DNA of 63,692 nucleotides, filler included, from Asterionella formosa (GCA_002256025.1; 5 parts of 5 records of this genome joined end to end with filler, not necessarily neighbours in it); one strand, 5' to 3'. Shown: positions 1 through 12,770, counted from the first letter of the whole stretch. Numbers and translations: made by a program. The notes: generated by a model not told the origin, from the sequence alone.

Positions 1-136
1 CCACTTTGATCGCCACCAGGCGCTTTGTTGACTTGGATTTGGCGAGAACAACAAGGGCAAATCCTCCTTTCCCTAAAATGCGGACAGGCTCGTATTCTTC
101 CTGCACTACAGGTGGCCAGTGCTCTGGGGCTTCCAT
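1..136 (-). CDS. Ser/Thr protein kinase, 5' end only (runs off window start)
   Basis: Manual translation from ATG at 136: MEAPEHWPPVVQEEYEPVRILGKGGFALVVLAKSKSTKRLVAIKV. Contains the Gly-rich loop (LGKGGFA) and the VAIK catalytic Lys motif of kinase subdomains I-II. Not in the ORF track. Confidence 0.85.
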   Translation of the reverse strand, partial: MEAPEHWPPVVQEEYEPVRILGKGGFALVVLAKSKSTKRLVAIKV

Positions 137-346
137 CTTTCCTAAGGTGGTGATGGTGTTGCCGAAGTGTCTGAGGGTGGACTGAGTCCTCGACACAAAT
201 TTGTGACACAAAAGACTTTTCACATCTTTCCATGTGGCTATAAACTATAAATACCGACGAAGGTCATAATACCGGTACAAATACAAATACCGGTATGTGA
301 TGTGAACAGAAATAGTGTCTATACTGGTATGTATGATATCGCAGAG

Positions 347-666
347 AAAGATTAGAACGTACCCCAGGCAAGCGAAGTCATTCAATAGTGAACAGGTGTC
401 AGGCACAGTATGGTCGAAATAATATATGTATGACAAATACATATACGGTACGGTATGTTTGTTGAACAACCTATATGGATTTATTCCGGACACCCAACAG
501 CTAATTGGTAGCCAGCCAGCAGTAAAACCAACAGGGTATGAAATTAAATAGCACACATTACTAGAATTAACATTTGGTAAACGTTTTTCTCTGTGTCCGG
601 CGATGATTGGAATCATCTTTATTAACGCTGCAGCTGAATATATCGTGTTTCCACTTTCCTTTACTA
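347..666 (+). repeat. ~300-bp diverged direct repeat, copy 1
   Basis: AAAGATTAGAACGTACCCC...AAGTCATTCAATAGTGAACAGG...GTGTTTCCACTTTCCTTTACTA recurs at 1694-1993 with substitutions and indels. Confidence 0.85.
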
Positions 667-1693
667 GTTTATCAGACCTTTCCGCTCCTTACTAATACCC
701 CCCTTGGACTCATTGTACTTTGACGCAGATTCCATCTGGTCAAAGCAGCTGTTGTTGCAAACCAAAGTCACCATGTTGAAGTGGCGCAGAGGTCCTGTTT
801 GCTTGTGCCCCCACCCACCCACACACCTTACTTGGTACCAAGTCTAAAACGACGCTCACTACGCCTTCAAGAGCTTACAAAGGGGCCCCTTCTTTTCTTT
901 TGCACTTGCTTCTGAGCCACCATGTCCCTAGCCCTTCTGGACGCCCAGGACCCTTGGCTCGACGACCCTCTTGACATTGGCGGCGCACCAGCCATGGTTG
1001 ATCTTGCATATGCTGACTTCATACTCACTACAATAGGATTTCCATGATATTCTAATTGTCTCCATGATTTCATCCTTTTAGGCATCTTCATCACGAAACA
1101 TATCATTTCCATAATAAACATTCTTACCCTGGAAGCATTTCTCACTCACTGCAACCACATGGCCTGCCGTGAACATAAACATGCCATCAGGTTGTCCATC
1201 ATCAATACCAGCCACCTTCCTGTGTTGCCACACCCCAGCATGTCTTCCCATCTATCAAGCATTGTCAACCCTTGGCTTGCCGATTCTCTTAAATAAGGGG
1301 CGCGGGGAATTGCTGGATCTAGCCTACAAAGATGCTCACAGCAACAACAAAAGTATCATATCATGGGGTTTTTCTCTATTATTTTACTCTCCAAACAACC
1401 AAGGATTTCCTTTGCCAGCCTGTACAAGAACCCTACACTATGGTGTGAGGGAGACTGTGATCTTGGATATCCTCCTTCTTTTCACCAGAACATTGCAGAT
1501 AGAGGAGATATGTCTCATGGCAGCAAAATAGCAGAAAGGGGAGCTCATTGCATCACAGAATCAGGCAAATGACTTGACAAGATACTTCTTCATTTTTTCC
1601 AAAATTTTCAGATTGATTCCACAGCAAACCTGGGCAATCTTGTGGCACCCACTATACATTGGTTAACAGTTTGAATGAAGGGGAGTAGCAGCA

Positions 1694-1993
1694 AAAGATT
1701 ACAACATACCCCATGTAAGCAAAGTCATTCAATAGTGAACAGGCACAGTATGGTTGAAATATGTATGACCAATACATATTTATGTTGAACAACCTATGGA
1801 TTTATATTGGACAGCCAACAGCTACCTGGTACCAGCCAGCAGTGAAACAAACAGGGTATGAAATTAATTATATAGCACACATTAGTAGAATTAAAATTTG
1901 GTAAACGTTTTTCTCTCTGTCTGGCAATGATTGGAATCGTCGTGATTTGCATTGCAGCTGTATATACTATTGTGTTTCCACTTTCCTTTACTA
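1694..1993 (+). repeat. ~300-bp diverged direct repeat, copy 2
   Basis: Aligns by eye with 347-666. Confidence 0.85.
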
Positions 1994-2500
1994 TGATACA
2001 TCCTTCATGTATAATATAGCTAGTACTAATGTTTATATAATTATTAAAAACAAATTTAATCTACCGGTACCTTTATAAGCATCCACAATTTTTTCCAAGC
2101 AAAACAGTAATGCATTTGATAATGTCCATGCATCCAAATCAAATCCAGGTCAATGTTTTCCACTACACCATATTATTTTTTCAAAATTGATAGAAACAAA
2201 TGAAGTGTGGTCCACACAAAAGGCATTTACGCCAATCAACATTTCAGATTTGATTCCCCAGGGCATGGTTTGCAACCACAGGCAGGAATTGGGAAAATTG
2301 TATCAATGCTTTGCTTACTCAGACTTTGATTCAAGGAAGACAAGTTACCACCCACCTCTAAATCCCTTGCCCCACCTTTTATGGGGGGCCATGGAGGGCA
2401 TTGCTGATGGCTCTAGTTTTAATGCACCATAGAAATGATTGCAATATTAATTGTGTAAATTATATCTTTGATATTTATGGTCTGAAGTCTGGGTGAAGAA

Positions 2501-5500
2501 ATGCAGGGATCACAGAAACACAGAAGCACCATGGATGTATTATTCAAGAAAACATTGAGCTTTGATTTTTGTAGACAACAAAGAACAAACATGGCTCTTT
2601 TCGACAATGATGCTGCAAGCTGTTATGATAGAATCCTAGGTAACTTGGCCATGCTCTGCGCAAGAAGACTGGGAGTTCCATCAGAAGCGGTATTTGTACA
2701 ATCGGAGACACTTCGACTGATGAAATATACTGTCGAAACTGTCTACGGGACCTCAGCTGGGCACTATAGCAGCACTGCCACCGAGCCTTTAGCAGGAACA
2801 GGACAAGGAAGTGGAGCACCTCCAGCGGTTTGGCTGTCTATTTGTGCAGTACTTTTGTTGGCCTACAAAACACATGCACCAAATGGAATAACATTCTCTG
2901 ACCCAACCGAAACTATGATCTCACCCTGGCGATATGCTGATGCATTTGTAGATGACACAAGAATAGGTTTCAATTATCCCAACAACCTCATGAATGTTCC
3001 TTCCCTGATTCGGACACTCACAGAATGCGCCCAACTATGGGAAAACTATTCTCTACAGGTGGCGCCCTTGAGCTCTCCAAATGCTACTATCATCATATCC
3101 TTCACTGGCACTGGGATGTCCTAGGATACACCAAGATAACCACACTGAATCCACATCTGACTGATCCAGGAGAGTATAGCTCATCAACAGACACATTCAA
3201 CAGTCTCAAACTGATCTCAGAGAGGGAGACGCACTACACTAAGATCCATCACAAAGCACCCCATATAAGCTCAAAATCACTTGGTATTATGTCATGTCCT
3301 CTTGGGAAATGGGATGACGAATTCAGAAGACTGGCTACAAAAAGCAATATTCATGCAAGCACAACCATGTCAAATCAAGTGCGCAGCATGGATGCACATC
3401 GGGCTCATCGAACCATTTGGGCCAGCCAAACAACGGCCTACTCCCTGTCAATCATGGGAATGAATGCTAAACAATTAGAGACAATTCAGAGGAAGGCGCG
3501 TAGGGCCAGCCTGGGAAAGATGGGTTTTAATCAAAATTTCCCGTGGGCAGTGGTGGTTTATCGTCCCTCAACAGTGGGGGCACTGAATCGCTCTAGTTGA
3601 CCTTACAATCGAACAAGGAATCAGAGCCATGGACAGTTACCTTTTTCACCAATATGCACAAGACGAAATATTTAAGTTGATAGATATCTCACTACGATTC
3701 ACCCAGCTTGTTGCTGAGTCTGGCAGGGAGGAGGAATTACTCCTCCACCCAAAGATTCCAATTGGCTATACCACATCAACATGGACAACTCAACTCAGGA
3801 ACTTCATGGGAATGCACAATCTTCGCATCGAACGTACAAGAGGATGGCAACCCAGGACACAATGTATACATGATCAGATGATCATGTCTCTCTTCCTCAA
3901 CAAACGCATATCAGATTATCTTCTTTTTCACCTTAACGCGTGCAGGATGTATCTCCAAGTCACCTCACTAGCAGATATATCAACAGCGGATGGCAGATAC
4001 ATTCGACCAGAAATAGTGGAGTGCAATAGAATTGCACAACGAAGCTCACAGTGGACCTGGCCACAACAACCAAAACCAACGCTCCAACAACAAGACAACT
4101 GGAAAGAAGCAATTACTAAACATCTAATCACTCAAGGATCCAAAAAGCACCTAAGGCTCCGTCAACCATTAGAGAGGTGGACAGGCACTCCTACCAGCCA
4201 CTGGCAATATTATTATGATCAAACTACAAAAAGATAACTATAGAAACATCAGGAGAAAGACGCAAAAGTATGGACAATATATGAAAATGAACCGGTATTG
4301 TTGGGAGCTCCAAGATTTAATTTATCCACTGGCACTCCATCAAATGTGGGGCCCCCAAAAGATCATTGCGCTCCCTGTGATGTTAGTCCTTGGGGATCAA
4401 TTACCTTCAGATCCTGCGTCATGACATCAAAACCAGCTTAAGCAAGAACCAACCTTAGAACTTTCAGGGAACATGTTAAAGGGTTGTTGGACTCCCACAA
4501 ACAAAGGCTACTTCGAAATCTCACTATGACAAATTTGATGGAGGCTAGACTTTGCCGCCATCTTTACTTTGGCTTGCCATGCAAGATTGCTACTGATGGC
4601 TCAATGCAGCAGGACGAAAGAAATTCCTTCGCGTGGACAATGAGGCTGAAACGCACAAACACACTGATCTCAGAACAAAGCGCACAGTGCTCACTAGGGC
4701 GGAACTCTTTGGGCTGTCTTCGGCGATGCTTTTTCTCCAGGAATTTATTGAATTATTATAGCATATCAACCAGCTCCACCGCATACATATGGAGCAACAG
4801 CGCGGCCTCTATAGCAAGATTGGATTTCATCTCCTGGAGCAAGCACCGAGGACTACCCCCAGCAAATGCTGACATTGTTTCACTCCTAACAGATATTTTC
4901 AAGAAAATATACATTGACATCAAGATTCAGTGGATTAAAACCCATCAAGACAATGCTGCTACAACACAGCGTTTGCCTTCAATAGCATCGATGAATGTTC
5001 AAGCAGACAGCTTAGCTTCCCAATATCTGCTAGGACAACCAATCACAGCAGCCACAGGAGGTCCACCAAGAAGGCCACCATCGAGACACTTCCCCACTGT
5101 GTATGCCAGCTTACTAATCGAAGACAGGAGAATACACAGTTTCACCAGTGCACAGATCCGCTCACACATTAAAGGTTATCATTACAGAAAATATTTCAGG
5201 AAGAAACAACAACACAAGATAGACCATATGGCAGAATCAAACATTGACTGGCACAGTCTGAAATCAGCCGTCAAGAAACAAACAACAGGGATGAAAGCAA
5301 TAATGACAAAGTACATACATGGCTGGTTACCCACAGGTACCCGAAGGAAACTTATTCACAATGGGGAGGACTCCTGCCCACAATGCAAGTGCCAAGAAAC
5401 CAATGAACACATCATCACGTGCAGAAGTCCCAAAGCACGGTAAAATAAGGGAATCAGGCTGTCAGCAATGGCAAATGCTATCCAGAAAACACGAACTGGC

Positions 5501-6373
5501 ACAAAAGTGACACCAGTATGGTTAGATTATATCAGACATTTGATGTCACAGAATGAAAAGCCTTTCACAGCCCACTTTGTACCTCGTACTTAGGAAAAAA
5601 CAAAACAGATCATCTATCAATCGCTTAAACATCAGGCGCATTGGGCAAGGAACTCACTCTTCAGGGGTATTTGGTAAGCAAAGCATTAGAACAAGGCAAC
5701 AAAGAGTTCCGACATCGACGACAACATGGCACCAGGAAAAATACATGAATTGTGGGTACCTTCAGCTATTACAAATCTATGGATGGTTGTCCACAGATCA
5801 TGGACAGACAGAAACGAAATTCTCCATTGCAACGTCAACCTCAACATAGTAACACAATCTGATCTCGATCAGCAAATTACACAGCAATACTACCAGCAAA
5901 AAGAAGAAATATGCAGACGGGATTCCCATCTCTTCTCAATCGCACTACAGGATCTGCTTGACTCCCGACTGAACCGAAAAATTAGGTTTCTGGAAAGAGC
6001 AAAATACATATTTCACACATCCAAACAGCAGTCACAAAAGGGACAGGCGTCTATAAACACGATCTTCTCATGCAATACAGTACAGGAGACAAGAACTCCA
6101 ACACCAACAATCCGTCAAAACTCTCGTCTGTGGCCTACAAGAACCCACTACAAACAATCCACACTACGAATCCAATTCCCAAGCTGACATGCACCACTCA
6201 GTTACATGGAAAGGACCCAAGATTGCAGCTACCGAATTTTTTTTAACCCATACTTCCACTCGAGGGAGTGACCACCAGGACATCTTCCACCGCCCCACCT
6301 CACTATGGGCCATGGAGCGCAATAACGCCGAATCTAGAAATAGGTTAGGATAACGGCGCTATAAAAATGATTG
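2501..6373 (+). mobile_element. Degenerate, 5'-truncated non-LTR retrotransposon (Ambal-like LINE: RT, RNase H, C-terminal Cys/His knuckle)
   Basis: Frameshifted ORF chain. RT motifs DNDAASCYDRI, GTGQGSG, AFVDDT, STGGALELSKC (2501-3600). RNase H motifs IATDGS, QWIKTHQD, MNVQADSLA (4484-5443). CPQCKCQETNEHIITC knuckle. 3' UTR ends near ATAAAAATGATTG (6361-6373). Confidence 0.85.
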
Positions 6374-6521
6374 ATATATATATTAATATTTGTGGTCTCA
6401 ATATTCTCCTAATTTATTACTATTACAGTGTATATCTGTGAATAATATTCACTCCGCTTTCAGAATATAATTGAAATACTTCAAATGTATAATTTTAAAT
6501 AGGCAATGGTTTATTGGTTTA

Positions 6522-7728
6522 GCAACTCCCATTCCAGCTATTGTCTTGCCACTCGGGTACTTCCAAGTGATTTTTTAAGCTCTAAGTAATTTCATAAGTA
6601 ATTTTTATGTAGGGGCAATATGGGGCACATCGATTTTTCAGCATTAAAATTGCCGAATTTAGCATGACAGCCAGAATAACGGTAGGCTATGGTATCAGAA
6701 GCATCAAACCCACAAGAATGATTGTAACTTGCAAAATCAATGAAAATTGAAGATTATGTTTGGAGCTTCCAAAGTATGACATGCAAGGTAATAAGTAGTG
6801 TCAAATGAGAAATAGTAATTTTTGTTTTGGGTTAGAAATGAAGTTTCAGTGTAGATGTATGAATTGTAGTACTCACACAGGCAACGTTGACTTTCCATCA
6901 CACAATAGAAGAGTGAAATAAAACAGAAAAGAGAAAAAAGCTGAACCCAATTGATATCTGCATCGCTTTGTAGCATAGATGATATGGTTGCTGGAACCAC
7001 GCACTTAGCAAAAGCTTGCCACCAACATCATATATACCGATATCATTGTTCATCCAGAAATTTGGACGATGCGACTACATGAATCCCACAAGAAGGCAAG
7101 CAATCCACCAACCGACCGCATCTGTTCGACAACACGTCGCTACTGGCGCCATCAATGAACTCATTTCGTTTCAGACTGGGCATGATGGAAGATGATCGGC
7201 ATAGTTAGAGGTGAATTGCTGGAATCAATTTTCAGACGACAAGCAAAAATGAGGTGAATGCTAGATATATTTTAATCAAATCTGTAGAGTATATAAAATG
7301 GTTTCCTTAAGTAGACCCCTTGCCGATTTCGGCAATCCCAGGGCTGGAAAACCGAGGGGCAATTGTAGTGAATTGTAGTGCCAAAATGCTAAAATAAGAA
7401 ATTTATTAAATATATTTTAATGATGGGCAATATCGGACTACTTCCAAATTTCGATGTGAAGATAGGACATTTCCAAAAATGTTTTTTTTATGATTGGCAA
7501 TAGCAAGCTAGGATGGAAATTTACAGTTAATGTCGAGTGGGCAATAGGTAAGGGAATGGCACAACAATAGCTAGTTTGTGAATTGCCTCAACAATGCAAT
7601 TCTCGGTGGCTGCATGCCTTCTCATGGGGCGCCACTTGTACGGTCGACCTACTCACACCACCCAGCAGCCTTGAATACATATATACTTGCAGGCATGAGA
7701 CAACCTTTGGCATGTATGGCCTTCAGCA
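6522..7728 (-). mobile_element. Non-autonomous inverted-repeat element, internally deleted copy
   Basis: IRs GCAACTCCCATTCCAGCTATTGTCTTGCCACTC (from 6522) and GAATGGCACAACAATAGCTAGTTTGTGAATTGC (to 7586). The reverse complement matches 36900-37680 and 39720-39962. Confidence 0.7.
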
Positions 7729-8041
7729 TGTTGCCTTTGATCTGAGGTTGTGAGTTTCGATTCCAGCAATTTTTTGAGAAGCAATTGTTGGGTTCGACTC
7801 CCACACTCCTTACCATCCTGCACGGTCTTCCCTGGTGTGCGAGCAGATTTGCTGCCTTCCTAGGCGGTCGGAGTTTCCCCTAAAAAAATCCTGATAATGA
7901 TCTATATTGTAAATTTTCGGTATGATACCTCAGTTTATGTTGGGCGTCTGCTCAATGTAGTCCTGCGAGGTCTGTCTTGTGATATGCAGGCAACCGGTAC
8001 AAACCGCCTCTAGGATTATCGCAACATTTGACTCTCTCTGG

Positions 8042-8462
8042 TGTTAAAGTATTACCTTTTTGATAGATCTATATCGTTAGACAAAGAAGACTATAGATAG
8101 AGAAGTTTGTTTCTCTTTCTGTTTCTATATTCTTATTGTGAGTTTACTAATCTAGTTTAGGTTGTTCTGTTTGAACAAACAAACGAACTATTCTCCAAAT
8201 GCTGTTTGCATTTCTAGAAACATACAATCATAGATAGACCCATGTCTATCTCACACTTACTGATCATAGGTTTTTAACCATGATCATTCATTTTCAAACT
8301 ATCGGTCTTCCGAAATAGCTTATATTGTCCAGCTCATTATAGTCGGAGTAACAAGGTATAATGTGTGGTTGATGAGAGCTTGGTACATCAAAGTTGGATC
8401 ATTCGAATCGTTTGACTCGTTTGACTCCGAGTCCTAACTACGTAGATGAGCTCACTTTAACA
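8042..8462 (-). repeat. 3' LTR (421 bp) of the Copia element
   Basis: On the minus strand the purine tract AACAAGGAGAG is followed by TGTTAAAGTGAGC. The LTR ends in the perfect 9-bp inverted terminus ACTTTAACA. Its first 24 nt recur at 11745-11768. Confidence 0.85.
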
Positions 8463-11400
8463 CTCTCCTTGTTCCAACAATCCATCATCCCGTTTTGGAT
8501 CGCGTATCCGTGCATGTTCATAATCTTGTCCGTGACATTTTTAGTTAGGACATCTGCAGGATTCTTTTCAGTATTGATGTAGTCAACCTTAATCGTTCCG
8601 TTTTCGACTTGTTCTCGTACATAGTGGTATCTTATGTCGATGTGTTTTGTACGTGCCCCAACCTGATGATTTTTCATGGCGATAGTGGTGATTTCGCCCA
8701 GTAGATTCGTTGCGAAGACAGTTTCCTGTGAGCCGTTACTGAGTGCGACATATTCACACTCGGTGCTTGATTGCGTTACGATATGCTGTCCTTTTGATAT
8801 CCAGTGAATTAGGGCGCACCCTCCGATTGTGCCTAAATAACCACTGACATTTTTTCGTGTATCAGGATTAGAGGCGAAGGCGCTGTCCACGACATCTTGA
8901 ATGCGTAGCTCGTTGGGAGCACGTAGTTTCATTCTGCATGCAATGTCCCCATGTAGACACAAACACCCGAGTAGGCGTTCCAATGCTTGCCAGTGTGTTT
9001 TGCCTGGGTTGTCGAGGTGCTGTGACAATTCACGACATGCGTTGGCGCATACTGGCGATATTTTCTTCACGAAGTAAAGTATCTTTCCAAAGAGGGAGCG
9101 ATATTCCTTATTCTTGATCATCTCTCCTCGGTTCTTACTTAGGACCGTTCCCGGGAATCCCGGCGTTGAGGCTTTCTTTGGTTCCTCTCCAAATATAGTC
9201 GTGTAGTCATTAATCATATCTTTGACAAAGTCCTCCATTTCGGACTGTAGATAGCGTCCGTTCTCGTCTTCGCCCCATTCGTACCATACTCCTAGATGCT
9301 TGCGTAGCTGGCCAAGGTCTTTAACGTTGAAGTATTGTTTCAGTGCCAACTTGAACTTGTTGACGTCGGCTTGGGTGCCGATTACTTCGAGGTCATCCAC
9401 GTAGGTGCATAGCAGTAGGGTACGGATGCCTTCTCGTTTTTCGTAAAACACAAAGGGGTCGACACGGCTTTGCTTGAGTCCCATATCAAGTAGGCAGTCT
9501 CGGAGTTTCTTGAACCATTGCCGTGCAGCTTGTACCGAGCCGTACATTGCCTTATCCAGTCGGATACAGCTGTCAGTCATAGTCGTTTCATTTTCGTACC
9601 GGGTAGTGGAAGTCAGCGATTCCATCTGGCCATTCTATGTAGATTTCTTCGTCGAGGTCGGCTTCGAGGAATGCCGCTTCGATGTCCACAATTTCAGATA
9701 CAAAATCTTTCCTGTGCAGGGTGATTGAAAACACAATACGTAGGCCAGTATCCGTAACAACAGGTGCGAATGAATCTGTGAAGTCAACACCTGGTATCTG
9801 CACATAGCCTTTTACCACAATACGGCCCTTGTAGCGCGTAGTGTTGTCGTGCTCGTTTTTTTTAATACCCATTTCGATCCAAGTGGCTTTTGTCCATTTA
9901 GATTCTTACGGGGATGTAGTTTCCACACTTTGCGGGAGTAGAAGTTTTCAATCTCTGCTTTGATTGCCTTGGTCCATTCGTCTTTTTTGTTACTTAATAG
10001 TGCCTGCTTGTAGCTCTTGGGTTCCAGTGGGTCAGAAGCTAGGCTTGTTGAGTGTGCTTCCTCACTAGGTTGGTGCTCTTCGTTGGTATCTTCGATGGTG
10101 TCATCATCCAATATTAGCGTGCATGCTGCAGATGATTGCTGACGTGTGCCTGCACGAGTAGGAGTAGGTGAGGTCACAAAGCCTGTAGATAGCCTATTCA
10201 TTTCTCAATCGAGCTTTGTAGATTTTGTAGCATTATTCGTGCGAGGCTCGTTCGTATTCATACCACCTGCGACGGAATCTGCAAAGCTCACTCCCTTGGA
10301 AGTACTGGGATTGTCTTGTTTTGTTGGTAGTAGTAGTGTAGTAGCCCCTTGCTTGTCAGGAGGTATTGCGTTGGTAGGTTTAGTGGGAGTGTCGAATTCC
10401 TCATCTATACCGGATCCGTCTGTGGTGAATTCGTCCATGTCCGCTGTGGGTTTGGCATTTCCATGCCAGTCGGCCCATTTAAGGTCTCTTGTGTTGAAGA
10501 CCTTTTTCGTGGCAACGTTGTACATGCGGTAGGTATCACCGGCGTGGTCGTGGCTGTATCCAAGCATGACACATTTGACACTTTTTGGGGTTAGTTTCTG
10601 CCTTGGTGTCCAAATCTTGGACCACCCCACCCTGCCAAACTGAATCAGGTGAGGATAAATCTTAGGCTGAAAGCCGTAGAAAAGCCAATCGGGGCATTTT
10701 CCCGTATTCGAGTTAGCGACAGAGTTCGTTAGTCGCGTGTGCATGTGGACACTCTTGGCCCACAGTAGCCCCTGGTATTCGTCTGACAATTTTGCGCTGA
10801 ACATGGAGGCACATGCTTGGTCTCGTATCGTCACAAATTTTCGTTCCACGACTCCGTTCTGTTGAGGAGTATGGGGGGCAGTATACTCAATCTGAATACC
10901 CTGCGTGGTGCAGACAATACTTAGACTGGTCATGTTTTCACTGGCATTGTTGCAGTGTAGGAAGGGATGCCTCGCTGATGTGGCCATATTTGTTGTGGGC
11001 CTTGTTGATGTCAATTTGCTTTGGTTTCTTGGTATCTTTTGCCGTAGGAAGTTGCGTCACTGTCTTGGTATTTGTTGGAGTAGGATCGGGTGCATGTTTT
11101 TTGTCGTGTCGTGGATATACAAGACCGTTTCGGATTGTAGGGTACGTTTTCCCTTGAAGTAGTAAAGGACGCCTTGATCCTCACAAGAAAAGGTTAGTTC
11201 ATTGTCGTACCCTTCCTTATGTAGACTCAACTCAGACCCCTTCATGCGTGCCTCACACCCTCCGTTCTTGACAAATTGCCCGATGCTGACGATATTCTTG
11301 TGGAAGTGTGGAGTGTAGAGTACCTTGCTTAGTAACATGGAGCACATCTCATTGGTAATTAAAATGTCACCTCGTTTCGTGCATACCACCTCTTTACCGT

Positions 11401-11768
11401 CACCGACAACGACCGAGACGTTGACATTTTCGACGTTTGTCATGTATTCGTCAGTCATTGTGATCTGCGTGGTAGCCCCAGTGTCCGCGAGCCAGCGCTC
11501 CGTTCCGTTGCTTGATGCGCAGTATTGGTCTTCGTACCACTCGTCTTCCATTGTAGGGACGAAACACACGCGTAGGAGTTCTTCAGTAGGAGTCTTGGTA
11601 GCTTTCTGTGTCACGTCCATGGTACCGGGGACATCGTCCGTCGCCTCCATACCAGTAATCTCCTCGCACATTGCCGGTTTCTTTTTTCTTCTCGCCGCGT
11701 GGTGCGCGTTTTGGTTCCGGGCAGTCTCTTGCAATACGGTACGGTACGTAGATGAGCTCACTTTAACA
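8042..11768 (-). mobile_element. Degenerate Ty1/Copia LTR retrotransposon with most of the 5' LTR and gag deleted
   Basis: Protease WLADTGATTQIT, integrase TAPHTPQQNGVVERK, RT (KGRIVVKGYVQIPGVDF, KAMYGSVQAARQW, TYVDDL) and RNase H (VDSAFA, SSTECEY, KHIDIRYH) in Copia order, split by frameshifts. LTR termini TGTTAAAGT...ACTTTAACA. CTCTGG flanks both ends. Confidence 0.92.
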
Positions 11769-11887
11769 CTCTGGGTGGTATGAAATAATTCTTGTCTGTA
11801 ATACATCGAGCTTTCTCATGCAACGACAAGTTGTTGTTGTAACAACTACCGTATTCGACCGTATCGTAGGCCTTGAACCTAGTACTG

Positions 11888-12670
11888 TGTTAATCGAATA
11901 CAGTTGATGAAATTGATAGCAACGAGGAAGTTGTCAAACTTAAACTTTCACTTTACTAACTGGATTGTTTCGAGATAATGGTCTCGAAACACTCTTATTA
12001 CTCACACTGCATTTTAACATATTTTCTTGACCTCTGATTGCTTTTCCTTGCGTGGTGCCTTTTACCACGTCAGCCCAGGTAACTCTTGTTAGCGGCTGTA
12101 CGGTTTTAACTGTAGTACTGTACTCTCTCGTGTCTACTATACCCTTCACGCCTGTCCTGTGGCAGTCAGCTCGAATTTTTTCAACACGCTCCTCGGCTGT
12201 TGCCAGGGAACTGGCGGTCAGGGTATCGACGTGCGCAGCTCCTAGAAGCACATTTCGGAATGTTCTGAACAGGTTTCCTTGCAGTGGTTTCGTAAAGAAG
12301 TCCCCCAACATTTCCAACGTTGGACAATGGCGAATGGTGATTCCTTCATCTACCGATCGATCCTTAATCCAGAAATAGCGGATGTTGATATGCCGAGACT
12401 TTGGCCCTGCCGAAATTCGTCCGTTCTTCTCGAGTTTAATTGCGCTCTCGTTGTCTTGTTCGAAGAAACTTTCTTGAATCTTGTATCCCTGTGCTTCAAG
12501 AAACATTTTTACCCACAGCGTGTTCAGGAGATAATCGCTGGCGCCCACAAATTCAGCCTCCGTCGAACTCTTTGTGTTCAATTTCTACTTGGTCGACTTG
12601 CATATGATGCCTCCAGTTCCAAAAGACATCACGCCACCGGTGTGGCTCTTCATGTCAGGGTGCACGGCAA
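11888..12670 (-). mobile_element. 3' end of a second Copia element (CoDi-type RNase H plus 3' LTR at about 11888-12186), cut by the segment end
   Basis: NTKSSTEAEFVG, QDNESAIKLEKNG, SRHINIRYFWIKD, DFFTKPLQG. Purine tract/LTR junction GAGGAGCG|TGTTGAA; LTR ends ...GATTAACA. Confidence 0.85.
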
Positions 12671-12770
12671 NNNNNNNNNNNNNNNNNNNNNNNNNNNNNN
12701 NNNNNNNNNNNNNNTTAATTAATTAANNNNNNNNNNNNNNNNNNNNNNNNNNNNNNNNNNNNNNNNNNNN
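12671..12770. other. Artificial contig linker N44-TTAATTAATTAA-N44
   Basis: Exactly 100 nt with a six-frame stop cassette; identical at four positions. Confidence 0.97.

Noticed and set aside
7787..7815. Functional tRNA gene
   Set aside because: Only the T-arm and 3' acceptor strand are recognisable; no matching 5' strand, D-arm or anticodon arm.
12715..12726. TTAATTAATTAA as a biological motif (also at 25470, 38227, 50982)
   Set aside because: Always centred in exactly 44+44 N; it is a six-frame stop linker.
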